64,000 nucleotides of DNA from Geosiphon pyriformis uo1 (lineage: Eukaryota > Fungi > Glomeromycota): positions 141,435 through 205,434 of the forward strand of contig JAAOMT010000494.1 of NCBI GenBank assembly GCA_016748015.1, given 5' to 3'. Positions 51,100 to 63,757 of the stretch are shown one piece after another. Position numbers and translations under genes: made by a program. How positions within the stretch are numbered: position 1 is the first letter of the stretch; the number at the start of each line of letters is the position of its first letter. The notes below the pieces were generated by a model that saw nothing but the letters and a program-made list of their open reading frames with translations, was not told the origin of the DNA and did no database searches.

Positions 51100-53344
51100 A
51101 TCTATGATATTCAAGAAAAATACATCGGTTTTCTAACCAAAATTTTTAACAAAAATTAATTTAAAAATTGCTTTCAAAATTCTACTAAGAGCAATAATAC
51201 AAATTATTTTTCAATCATTATTGGCAAGCAAAAAAATTAATAATAATAAAAAGTTATAGATACAAAATACACTAAAGATTTTATAATTATGCTACAAAAC
51301 AAAACTGAAAAACTTTTTAAAATCAAATATGTTAAAAAAATTACCCAAACTATTTATTTATTTTTAATCGACATTTTGGTATTACTAAAGATTTTAATAA
51401 TTTTCTGATAATTTTGCTAAAATTATTTTACTGTTAATTTTATTGCTAATAAAAGCTGATAAATTTTTAATAAACTATTTCTCTTCAAAGTATCTCTTTA
51501 TACTTTAGACTATTATTGCTGTTGAATTTAAAATAGAATAACCAAATTTATGTTAATTACTTAATATAGTTATTTTTCTGTGAAAGTTAACTTTTTTACA
51601 GAAATTCTCATCTGTAAGCTTTTTAATAATATGTTGTTATTTTGCTGTAAAAATCAATTTTATTACAGAAAATTTTAACTGTAGACTATTTAATAATATA
51701 AGAAAAAAAGAAATTAAAAAAAAAAAAAATATAAATGAAATTGTCTTTAGTTCAGATTTGAAATTGACTAAGTAGTTATTAAAATTAATAGCTAATTAAT
51801 TTCTAAATGTTAGTTGTAATTGGGAATTTTTGAACAGTAATAATTAAAAAATACGTTTGGTTTTTCAAAATAAATTTATTGAATTAATTTGTAATAGATA
51901 ATTGTTTGCTAAGAAAATAATTCTAAACTAAAATACATTTTCTCAAAAAAAGAAGCTCTTTTTTTATACAGCTTGTTGTAGTATTATTCTATAATCTTGC
52001 ACTTTTTTTTGCTAATATTTTGACAAACTAAAGAGACATTTCAATAAATTACAAGTTGTTTCTACAAACTATTAAGTATTTTAATAAATTCTTAAATATT
52101 ATATAGTTTAAGATATTATATAATTTGATTATTACAATTAGTTATATTTGTGTATTATACAAATTGAATTACAATCTAGTAAGAAAAAAATTGGAAATAT
52201 AAAAATAATTACTATGTTTTAACTAATATACCAAATCACATAAAACAACTATTATTAGAAAGTCAAATACCATATAATTTTATTAAAAAAAATTAATAGG
52301 AAATTCTTTACTATTTGTTTCAATTATCATTTTACAATACTGCTTTATTAATTTTACTAATTTAATTAAAGTAAATTCAGGAATATCTTGCCACTTTTCC
52401 TTCATAAATTTTTCTAATTCACTATAATTTTGAGACATTTTTTTTTCTACATTCTTTTTAATAATAGCTTAAAGATTTTCTATTAGATTTAAACTAAAAC
52501 TATTAAATGGCTATCTCAACAAATCAGTTATATTCTTAGTAATAAACTCTTTGACAAGCTTGTTAGTATGCTTGAGATTATTATCTTGTTAGAATTACCA
52601 ATTATCTCTTAGCATTGCTTTAATTTCAAGTAAGTAGTTACAAAAAATATTTATATAAAATTAAGCATTTATTATTTGAACAAAACAGAATAAACTAGTC
52701 TTTTTTTTTTATAATTAAGATTGAATAAATGGTTTTAAATAGTAATATAGGAAACATTTATTTCCTTCTTAGCCAACTTTATTGCTAAATATTTAAATAA
52801 AACTAAGAAATTTCTATAAAGATTTTGCCTTAATACTTTTAAAGCATTTCCCATAATTTTTTTTGGCTGACTATTACCATTTGCATGCTTTATTGTTCTT
52901 TTTTTTTAAGTTTTTCAAGGATATTATAGATTGTAAAAAGGGGTATATTCTGTATTTTTTTATATTTCGTTTTCTTTGCTTCCAAAATGTAATATGATTT
53001 GCCGTTGTATTTTTTGTTTTGAAGTCAGCATTTCAAAAACAAGTTTTAAAAAAACTATTAGTTAATATATGAGAAAATGTTTTTAGAGCTTAGCCACTTA
53101 CCTAATATTCTGTTTCCATTTTTATCATCACAAAGCTTACCAAAAATAGTTAAACCAAATACAATCTTAGTAGATTCATATTTTTCCAATTTTTTTCTCC
53201 CCAGACTGTATTAATTGAATAGTAATATTTAATAATTTGATAAAATAATAAGTAATAATTTGAAATAATAATAAATGCTAATAGATAGTAGGAATTATAA
53301 AAGTAATTTTATGCTAATTAATAACTCAATTTTTATTAGTAACA
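51100..53344 (-). mobile_element. LTR-retrotransposon 5' end relic (copy A), interrupted by a Tc1/mariner element
   Basis: 51420-52075 and 53215-53344 align directly with 56280-57058. Both copies end at the same point (..TAGTAACA / ..TGGTAACA = TGTTAC.. on the minus strand, an LTR-type TG start). Confidence 0.7.
52172..53208 (-). mobile_element. Tc1/mariner (IS630-Tc1) DNA transposon relic, ~1.04 kb, with TIRs and TA target duplication
   Basis: Left TA|CAATCTAGTAAGAAAAAAATTGGAAA and right (reverse complement) TA|CAGTCTGGGGAGAAAAAAATTGGAAA. Minus-strand W*F*QDNNLKHTNK (FQQDNDPKH) at ~52560-52600 and LR*PFNSFSLNLIENL*AIIK (WPxNSPDLNPIENLW) at ~52460-52520. Confidence 0.9.
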
Positions 53345-54960
53345 TCGGATTTGCAATTAGTAAAAAATCAAAAAGAACTAGACAAAAGCAACAGAGAAAC
53401 ACAAGAATTTGGTCCAACTGGCGAATTTACAGTTCTAATAAATATAACCCTTAAAAAAAAAATCTCACCAAATTCCCAAATTACCAAGAACAATTACAAT
53501 TCTACCTTTTAAAAAACACAAAAAATCATGCTCAAAACTTATTACTATTCAACAAATCTTCAAATTCAATAAACAGATTTGCAAAGAACATAGAATTTTA
53601 ATTCCCAATATCTATTTACTCAAAAGAATCAAGAATTTAATATTACTATTTACAATTCCAATAACCACCTTATTATATTAGTTAATTATTTAGAAGTTGG
53701 AATTATACATAGTAATATTTTTCAAAAAGAACTGCCACAAAAAGTTTCGAATTTTACAAAAATTATTGAATATTTACTTTCAAAGTTCAAAATAATCCCT
53801 ATTAACGAAAACTATTATGTTATTGTTGAAAAATTATCTCGAATTAACATAAAACAGTTAGAACCACAACAACAAAAACAGTTCAAACAGCTTATTGTAA
53901 AGTATGCTGATATATTTACAGAAGATAACAATGATTTAAGAAAAACTTATTTGGTTTAACACCAAATTTATACAAAAATGCTAAACCAAAACAATCACAA
54001 GTCTATTAAGTACCACTTGTTAGTCACTAATTTATCAGAGAAGAAGTACAATAGATATTTAACAATGAGTTTATACAACTCTTAATAAGTTTATAAACTT
54101 TATTAATAGTTCTTGTCAAAAGAAAAATAGAAAATTCAATTTTGTGTTGATTATCACTAATTAAATAATGTTATAATCGAAAATGCCTACTTTTTACCAC
54201 AAACTAATGATATGTTAAATGCTCTTGTCAAATCTAAATATTTTTCAATATTGAATTTCTATGATATTTAGTAATTGTCTATTTTAACAATATTAATGTT
54301 TACTTATTATCTTTTAAAGCCTATTTAATTCATTTGCAAGAAGTTTTTCAACAATTACAAAAAGCAGAATTGAAGTTAAACACCAAAAAATGTTATTTTA
54401 AAAAATCAAGATTGGTCTTTTTTGATTATATTATTAGTGAAAATAAAATCAAACCAGATTCAAAAAAAATTAATGTTGTCAAATATTAAGAGACAGCAGA
54501 ACAACAAACTATCTTTAATTTTCTTAAAAAAAAACTGCTAATAGCTCTAATCTATACTTATCATAATTTTAAGAAAAGACTTTAATTAGCTGTTAATGTT
54601 TCTTATGCAGCTTTTAATATCATTCTATCTTAATTAAATAACAATAACAATAAAAAAGTAATTGTATATGCCAGTAAAATACTAAAACCAGCTGAAAAAT
54701 ATTATTTTGTTATTAAATTAGATATAACAGCAGTAATCTAGGCTTTCAAATACTTCAACCTATATTTCAAACTCATATCATTCAATATTATTACTGAAAT
54801 ATTGGACTTAAATAATTTTACGACAATAACTCTTAACTTAATGTTAAACAGTCTTATTAAATTAAATTTTTCGCCAATTATAAATATAATATTCACTACA
54901 AACCAAGAAAGCTTTACATAAAGATTAATATTCTTTTAAGAATAAAACAAAATTAACACT
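53345..54960 (+). mobile_element. Ty3/Gypsy pol relic (reverse transcriptase + RNase H)
   Basis: YADIFTEDNNDLRKT...IVLVKRK..FCVDYH*LNNVIIENAYFLP...KYFSILN, VYFNNI (YxDD, 54280-54291), HLQEVFQQLQKAELKLNTKKCYF, VIVYASKILKPAEKYY...AVI*AFKYF. Confidence 0.92.
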
Positions 54961-54989
54961 AAAACACTAATTAATTCAACAAATCAACT

Positions 54990-57058
54990 GATTAACTTTG
55001 TTTTTAGTTGCTAAGCTGGTTTCTTTTATAATTAGATTAATAAGTTTGATTTGTTTAGTTTTTTTTATAGTCATTTTATAAACTTTAATATATTAAATAG
55101 CAGAAGTTAATTTTTGTAAAGCATATAATAAATTTTTTTGATAAGTTTGTTTTTTAGTTTAGCAATAAATTGATTCAAAATTTGGACATTAAATAAAATT
55201 TATTTGTTTTTAGTTGTTAAATTTTACAAGATAAGTTATAATAAATTTAAATAGTTTTTGTTTAATGTTTTAAAAGTAATTTTGGAGAGTAATTATTAAT
55301 ATATTGTTCAAAAAACATTTTTAAATGTTTACCAGTTTTTAAAAAAATTAATAAAATTTTTAAATTATTTATCAACAGTTTCTTAAAAAAAATAAAAAAT
55401 TGCTTTCAGTATTCTTATTGTATTCTATTTATTTGTATTTTCTGTTTTTGTAACTTTGTTAAATTATTTTTAGAAACTTGTTTCAACATCTTTTTTTGAG
55501 AATTTTAAAATTTTAGTAATATAAACAGTTGCTATTTTTTCATTATTTTTTTTAATGAATTCGAAAACATTTTTTTTATCTGTTAAAATTTTTAACATTT
55601 ACTTTGGTTTTCTGCTAAATAATTAAAAAAATTAATACTTGTGTAGATTAGTTCTGGCTGTTAGATTGGACTTTTTAGTAATATAAAGTATTCTGGTTTT
55701 AAAAAAACAAGTTAGTAATAAGTTAAATATTTAAGCTTAAGCAAATAAAACTAGAAAAAATATAATTGAAAGTGATAATTTAATATTAACTTTTTGTTTT
55801 GATGTTTGCAAGTATATAATAGTAATTTCTGATATATTGAGTGTTGTTTAGTTAAGTTTAAAAGTTTTTTTTGTTGTTGATTTCTGATTCAGATTTTAAG
55901 TTAAGAAAAAATTATAATTAAACTAAATATGTTTTTTTACAAAATTTGATAATTTTGTAGTCAAATTTTTGAAAATAAGTGAGACAAGTATTAGCACTAA
56001 TAACTTCTGTTTTAATTGAGTAATAGATTAAATTTTTAAGAAGACTTTTTTAAATTTTTGTAATATTATAGTTTCTAAAAAAATAGTTGTTAATTCGATT
56101 TTTAATATATTGGTAAAAAGTTTTTTTACAACTGTAATTCTATCTTGAATTCCAAATTTTTGTTTGCATTGTATATAATTTGACTAATAATATTTTAGGG
56201 TTTTTATGTTAAATATAATTATTATTTTGAATAGTTTATTACAGTGTTAATTTTTTGAAAAAACACCAAATATTATTAGAAATTTTAGTTATTTGTTGTT
56301 GATTTTATTGTTAATAAAAGCTGGTAAATCTCTAATAAGCTAATTTATTTTCAAAATATTTCTTTATACTTTGAATTATTATTGCTATTAGACTTATAAT
56401 AAAATAGCCAATTCTATGTCAATTACTTTGAATAGTTATTTTGTTATAAAAGTAAACTTATTTATAAGAATTCTTATTTGTAAACTCTTTAATAATGTGT
56501 AATTACTTTGCTGTCAAAGTTAAATTTTTTACAGAAAATTTTAATTATAGACTATTTAATAATATAAAATAATAATAATAATAAAATGTAAAGAAAATTG
56601 TTTTTAGTTCAGACTTAAAATTGATTAAGTAATTATTAAAATTAGTAACTAATCAATTTTAGAATGTTTTTAGTTAGAATTGTAAATTTTAAACAGTAAT
56701 AATTATAAGAAATTTGGTTTTAAAGTAGATTTATTGAACTAATTTGTAATAGCTAATAAATTACTCTGAACTAAGATTTTAAAAAAATATATTTTCTTGA
56801 AAAAAAAACTCTTCTTTTATACAATTTGTTGTAATACTATTTTATGATTCCACACTTTTTTCTTTGCTAATATTTTTATAAACTAAAAATATATTTTTGC
56901 AAACTAATAATTATTTTAATAAACTATTAAATAGTAATATTTTATAATTTGATAAAATAATAAGTAATAAATTAAAATGCTAATATATGTTAATTTAATC
57001 ATAAAAATTATAAAAATAATTTCATACTAATTAATAACTCAAATTTGTACTGGTAACA
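54990..57058 (-). mobile_element. LTR-retrotransposon 5' part (copy B): LTR start plus decayed gag
   Basis: Begins TGTTACC at 57058 on the minus strand; direct repeat of copy A; gag-like KNW*TFKNVF and VQILNQFIAKLKNKLIKK at ~55130-55350. Confidence 0.75.
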
Positions 57059-59256
57059 GCTTATAAACTTAATAATAGCACTAATACATTTGCTGTTTTT
57101 AGAGTTATTATGAATTTGGTATTATTTTGGTGTTTTTTCTGCTATCTTTGAAAAAAATATATTGTATTTAATAATTTTCAATAACAAAGACTAATTTGTT
57201 TTTTCTTTAGATAAGATGCATAAAATTAATGACAATGCTAATGCATCTGCTGCTTTTAGAGTTATTATTCTAAGAGCTAATACGTTTAATATTACTTTTG
57301 ATATTACTTTTGCTATATTTAAATGAGATATACTATATGAAATAATTTCAATAACAAAAACTAAATTCGATTTTTTTAAATTCTTTACAAAAGATAAGAC
57401 ACAAAAATTTAAAAATACATTTTTTGAAGCTAACATATCAGCTGTTTCTGGAGTTATTATTATTTTAGAATTTAATATATGTAATATTATTTTTGGTATT
57501 TTTAAATGAGATATATTGTAAATAATAATTTTAATAACAAAAACCAAATTTTTGTTGTTTTTTTTCATTTTAAATAATAATATTTTAAATTCTTTGCAAA
57601 ATTATAAAGTATGTGTTTCTAATTGTAAACTTAAAAAAAAAGCCAAAAAAAGCAATTTTGAACTTTTAGAAATAACTACTGGACAAAAAAAAAAATTCTC
57701 CAAATTTAGATACTTTCTTATGTTTTTTTAATATTTTATAGTATAATTTTAATATCAACATATCAAAAAACAAGTATATTTCTATTATTTAATCCATTGA
57801 AAATTGTACTTTAATTACATTAAATTATTATTATAATACTATTTTTTTAATACTTATTTCACATTTATTGTATTTTATAATAATATTTTACAGTACAATT
57901 TAAATATTAAAATATCAAAAATCAAGTATATTTTCATTATTTATTTCATTGAAAATTGTACTTTAATTACATTAAATTATTATCATAATACCGTTTTTTT
58001 TATATTCTTTTAATATTTATTTTACATTTATTTTATAAAAATATTTTACAGTAATAATTTAAAATATCAAAATTAAGTATATAATAAATATATTAAAGTT
58101 TTTTATACATATTAATAATACATTTAAATAGACAAAAATTAAAAATAATATAAGTATATTACAAATTTAATGTATAAATATCTTAAAAAAATTTTTAAAT
58201 ATATTTTGATAACTTCCATAATATATAAAATTTATACTTAAATTGTACTTAAATTGCACTTAAATTATTATTATAATTATATATTTAAAATACATTTAAA
58301 TTTAGGTATGTTTTAAGTATACAATTTTTTACTGGGTCTACTGATACATTTTTTAAGTCATTACATCATGAATGGTAATAATATTTAAAATATTATCTTA
58401 AATAATTATATTAATCTTTAAATGGATGCTAAACCCAAACAATTTTAATAGTATTAAAGAAATTAAGAAATTTCATATTAATCTTTAAGTATATGCTAAA
58501 CTCAAAATCTCTATTCAAATAATATTATTATACAAATACAATATAAGCTTTCTTTAAACATATCATTTTGCTAATTTGAATGAATTCAAATCAATATTTG
58601 ATTAATAGTATTAGAACTTAAAAGTGAATAATAATATGTTATCATATGCTCCGGTGAAATTTGTTCAATCCGATCAACCATTCGATCAAAAATCAAATCA
58701 TCTGAATTAGGAATGAACGGTTTGCAAATAATCCGAATGAATCTGCAGATGAAATCGAATTGATCAGATGACCGAATTAACCGAATTGATCATATAATTC
58801 AGTTAATTATTTTTATAGTGCTTTTTTTTAAAAAAAACTTACTTTTAGGAAGTGAACTCAGAATTCGGACTGCAGCTTGGATGGCTTGGATTTCGAAGGT
58901 AAGTGATGTTTTTCTTGTTCTTTCATGAGAATAATACTAATGTTTCGTTTTGCTTTTTTTTCTTTAGAGATGCTTTCTTCTTGGGCCTGAACTCTAAAAA
59001 CGGCTTGAGTGGCTTAGATTTCAAAAGATAAGTGTTGTAAGTGTTTTCTTTTGTCTTGGGAATGGACTAACGTTCTATTTCGCTTTTTAGTTGGATTATC
59101 GATTCGTCTAATACATTCTTTACAAAATTCTCTTTCTTTAATAAAATAATTTAATTCTATCATTTCTTCACAATATCTACAGCTTATTAAATTCGATTCA
59201 TTTTCTTTTCGTTTCTCTTCATATCGTTTCCTGTTATATTCTCGACATCCATTACA
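57059..59256 (-). repeat. Right copy of the ~2.1-kb inverted duplication (partner 48568-50620)
   Basis: Reverse-complement identity to the left copy; it abuts LTR copy B at 57058 and is truncated at 59256. Confidence 0.92.
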
Positions 59257-59257
59257 C

Positions 59258-61700
59258 GGGTTTAATGAAATCAATGATTTGAAATGTGTAAAATTTAAGA
59301 TTCATTTAAATTCTTTGAAAAATGATATGATTAAATATCTTAATCTTAAGGATGAAATGAAATTGGAAAATATTTATAAAAAAAAGTGGGAATTAAAAAA
59401 ATTGATAATTTTTGAATTATAAAATAAACTAAATTTAATAAAAGAAAATTTACTTAAAGAATTTCACGACAATGACCAAACACATATTTGTGAAGAAGAA
59501 GAAGAAGATTTATATAATGGATATATTTTAGAAATTAATAATAATAATAATATTAATTACAAAAATATGGAAGACAAAAATTATTGGTATTATATTATTC
59601 ATAATAATATAAAATGTGTTAAATATATAAATAATCTTAATACATTAAGAAAATGTAAAGAAATTATATATCATGATAATTTATATTCTGAATTTTTAGA
59701 AAAAAATAATAAACAATTAAATTATATTGAAGATAAAGAAATAAAGAAAATATTTTCTTAAATTGTTCAAAACCAAACATAATAATTTAAAAGTAAATCA
59801 AAATAGATTAATTAACGAAATAGAACAAATCATTAAAAATTCAAAAAGTTCAATAGGAATTAAATAATTTAAAAAATAAAATTGGAAACTTAATTAATAA
59901 AATATATGGATTATCCAAATACAAAATTAAAAAATTTTTTTTAGATACTTTAAAAATTTTCCAAAAAAAAAAGAATTAATTAAAAAAAATCGAAATTTTA
60001 ATTAGAAAACTTGATTTATCACAAAATTTATATACAAATCAATATCAGATAGGAAATCTATTAAATCAATTAGAAACAACATATAAAGATTTAGATGAAT
60101 ATAATTGCTTAGAGAAAGAATATCATAATAGATTAGAAAATTTATTAAAAATCGAAGAAAATCAAACAAATAATCAAAAAATACAACAAAAAAAATAAGA
60201 GATAGTATATATATAAAGAAAATGATATTTTCAACCTTAGGACAAATCAAAAATGGGAAATTGAAATTAAAAAATTACCAGATAAATACTGGACAGAACT
60301 TGATAATCTAAAAAATCTAAAAAATCTAAAAATAACTGAATTAGATGATCATATTACTAGAATTATTAATGGAATAAAAGTTGAAAATGATATCAGAAAT
60401 TTAAATAATGAATGGACAGATGAAATAACGAAAGTTGGAAATAAAGATATTAAAAATTCAATACCTTACAAATCAACTCGATAAACAAATTAAAGTAGAA
60501 GAAAATAAAAATAATCTAGATATTTGGAATACTTTGATTGATAACTTATTTAATGATGATATAAGAGATAATTTACATCAATTTTTAAACGAACGCTTAT
60601 TAGAATTAGAAAAAAAAGATGATGAAATTGATGAAATGAATTGGAAAAAAGAATATATTATTCATGATAATAAAAGAAATGAAGACTATAAAAAACAAAC
60701 AAAATCTTATTAAAGAAATTAAAAATGGAATTGATATCGAAAAAGAATTTAAAAATTTAGATATAAAAGGAATTTACCAACAAAGAATTGATAATGAAGT
60801 AAAAATTCCAAATGATAAAGATAATTTAAGACAATTAATAAATGAAAGAATTATCAAACTTAATGAAGAAAATTTACAAATACAAAATCAATTGATTCAA
60901 AAAATTGAAATGGGAATCAAACGTGAAATTATACCTCAAGAATTACAAGTAAAATGACCTAATATGATCAAAAATATTACCAATTTAAATCAACAAGAAA
61001 GATTAACAAATATTCTAAATAAACAAATAATTGTTTTAGATATCGAAAAAGTTATTAAAAAAGAAGAAGAGATTTTAAATTTATCAGATAAAGGAAAATG
61101 GAAAAATAAAAAATAAATAGAAAATCATTTAGATAAAGATAAATAATGATAAATTACAATAATTGATACTCGAACAAATTATTAAAATAAATGAAGATAC
61201 TCATAAAATACAAGAATTATTGATTTTTTCAAATCGAATCAGGAATCATTACTGAAACCAAATTAGAAAAGTTACAGAAAAATGATAAATGGGATGATAT
61301 GACTAAAAAAAAATAATTCATTTCAACAAAATAGATTAAAAAACTTTATTAAACAGAGAATTTTATTTGTTTGTTTTAAACTTAATATAGAAAATAATAT
61401 TGATATGAATAAATTAAATCAATTACAAAATGATATTGATGAAATAATGAAAATAGAAATGATATTGATCATTTACATCAATTAGTTAACAAAAGAATTG
61501 TTTTATTAACAGAAATGAATATTATAATAAATAGAATGAAAAAAAAGTGATAAAATTAGAGCTTTTGATATTAATAATCAATGGGATAATGAGATAAATG
61601 AATCATTTGAAGATAAAAAATAACAGAAATATTAGATTAAATCAGATTAAAAAGATCAGAATTTTTGACATTAGAATATGGAAATAAAAATCGAAAAATT
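59258..61700 (+). pseudogene. Fossil of a long, apparently intronless K/E/N/I-rich helical-repeat protein
   Basis: ORF pieces 59567-59761, 60435-60713 and 60664-60957 link through single stops and frameshifts into ~2.4 kb of coding-like sequence with a recurring W-x-x-x-I...L-x-x-x-(L/I)-N-E-R pattern. Confidence 0.6.
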
Positions 61701-62141
61701 ATGTGCATGGGCATTTTTTGTTTCTGCATATCTTTTTATTCCGACTATATTTCAAAAACTTTGGATTTTCGACATTCACCCAAGAATCAAGATGACATTA
61801 CATTTATTAAAGGGTTAGAAAAGTCGAAAATTACTACATAAATTTATTTTAGTCTTTAATATCTTCAAAAAATTGATTTCGCATTGTATTAATATCAAAG
61901 GTTTTTTTCGATATATCTTCATTAAATTAATGTTATCAAAGCATTTAGAAACTTTTATTTTAAGTACAAGATTTTATTATTTTAATATTAAATATTATTT
62001 GTATTTTGACAAAATTTGTTATTATTATTAACAATTTTAAAAACCTTATACTAAAATAATAAAGATTGAATTTTAATTTATAACTTTTTAATTAAAAATA
62101 AAAGTGTTAAATAAGTTACAAATTCAAATACAAACCATTTA

Positions 62142-62900
62142 GGAGATGTGGGCAATGACAAGGCAGATAGGTTAGCTGGGGAATCTGGCACTTCTGATAG
62201 AACCCTACCTCACAATCTCTCGAGAAATATTTTAGTCAACATTTTCGGTGTACAAATTTCGCACATCGCTAGGCAGTACGTTCGTGGCATTTATGACGCG
62301 CTCAAATGTGTACGGAGAAGGGGGTGGACCAGGCGCACAAGAGGCTCGACATGGTAATCATGTATGGGAATCGATTGGGAAAGTACGACAGCAGTATGGC
62401 ATCAAGATTCGCATCTGAAATCGGGAACGACGAGTCGAATAACGGCTGGTTTCCATACATACGCTATGATGACTTTACACAGCCTTTTACTAGTTGCTGA
62501 GAGAAAAAGTTTATGATAGTGAAGTGCGGTGAGGTGGAATCGTCTACTGTTCTGATAGAGACACTAGAGTTGATATATCACGCGAAAGTTCGGAGTTTGG
62601 GAGATGTTCTTATGAGACCTTGGATTCGGTCTAGCATTTGCCAAGTTTGCATTCGTTGATGTATCCCGATTTGGTGGAATGCGCTGATTTGGTGATGGAT
62701 TTGTATGTTAATTTGGTTAAAGGGTTCGTTTTTAAGGAATGGATTGTTGATTCAAGTAGGATCCCAGCTCAACTAAATCCGGGGGCTGAGGGTTTCGTCA
62801 GGATGTTCATGAATCTGCACCGTGTGAAAATTTGGCAACCTTCTGTGGAGGATTTGGTTAATCAGGGATTTTTGAGTTCTTTGAGCGGCGTTAAATGAAT
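62142..62900 (+). mobile_element. Non-LTR retrotransposon (LINE) 3' fragment: end of RNase H and zinc-knuckle/C-terminal region
   Basis: Abrupt GC-richer island; GDVGNDKADRLA (RNase H GNExADxLA motif), TYAMMTLHSLLLVAERKSL, KCGEVESS (CCHC remnant), LYVNLVKGFVFKEW...HRVKIW; frameshifted. Confidence 0.7.
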
Positions 62901-63594
62901 GGGTATAGAATAGTGTGGTTTCGATCGGCTCAGGTGGCTGAACACGTGTATAAAAAGCATGAGCTGCAGTTGGATCACACTGTTTAAGCAAAAATAAAAA
63001 AATGAGCATCTCAATTTTTAAACTAGATTTTAAGAATCATTACAGTTAGAAAATCAAAGTTCTAAATTAAAGACTGTCCTATTAGAGATTCTAATATTAA
63101 AATGTTACCATATATTGTAATATTATTGACCGTTGTAAAGCTTTTACCTTATAAGAATTACTCCTAGAGGCATTGTTTTTCGGATTCGCTGTTTCCATAT
63201 TTGCAGGTCTACTCAGTTGGATGGATTATAATAAATTTATCAGCCGCTATTTGGACAACTTGTTTCTGATAAATATATTTCTTCACCTTGGGTAGCACGA
63301 ATCAATAATAAGCTAAAAGAGAAAAGGAATAATGGCAAAAAAACCATGAAAACAGATATTCAGATAAACGGTAAACTCGTTTATGAGTTTTAACATTAGA
63401 GACGTTGTTTAGAAAGAGAAAACCAATAGTGAAAGGATTCGTTTGCATAAAAAAAACAAATAGACGAGGTAAATTAAAAAGTTGTTCATGGGCGTCTTAT
63501 GAGTCTAAGAAGAAAAAAGAAAACCAATAGTGAAAGTAAACAAAAGTATATTTTTAAATAAAAAAACTATTTATATTGAATATCACGCTCATAG

Positions 63595-63757
63595 CCGGAT
63601 GGATAGTTTTACATCATTCCAGATGGGACGGCGTATTTAGTGTCGTCTTCCAGCGACAGATAGTTTTACGTCATATCCAGACGTGATAGTTTTATGTCAT
63701 TCCGGACATATATATTAGATTTAGCCCCACACAGGGTTTGAACCCTAGGTGGGGTTA
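63595..63757. repeat. Three short direct repeats GATAGTTTTAYRTCAT followed by a GC-rich hairpin
   Basis: Repeats at ~63602, 63659 and 63685; hairpin TAGCCCCAC-AC-AGGGTT-TG-AACCCT-AG-GTGGGGTTA at 63722-63757. Confidence 0.75.

Noticed and set aside
57191-57568. 125-aa minus-strand ORF
   Set aside because: Antisense reading of the repeat-exon relic in the right arm; the equivalent frame in the left arm has stops.
48568-59256. True terminal inverted repeats of one giant transposon (Polinton/Mutator-like)
   Set aside because: The outer boundary cuts through the zinc-finger frame (the left copy continues upstream, the right copy is truncated), no TSD is seen, and the interior holds only unrelated nested TEs.
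60955-60957. TGA read as Trp (genetic code 4) in the helical-repeat fossil
   Set aside because: The frame does continue past this TGA at a Trp-like position, but the other Trp codons are TGG, and TAG/TAA stops also occur; G>A decay explains it equally well.
63595-63710. CRISPR-like short repeats with spacers
   Set aside because: Only three 16-bp imperfect repeats with very unequal spacing, eukaryotic context and no cas genes.
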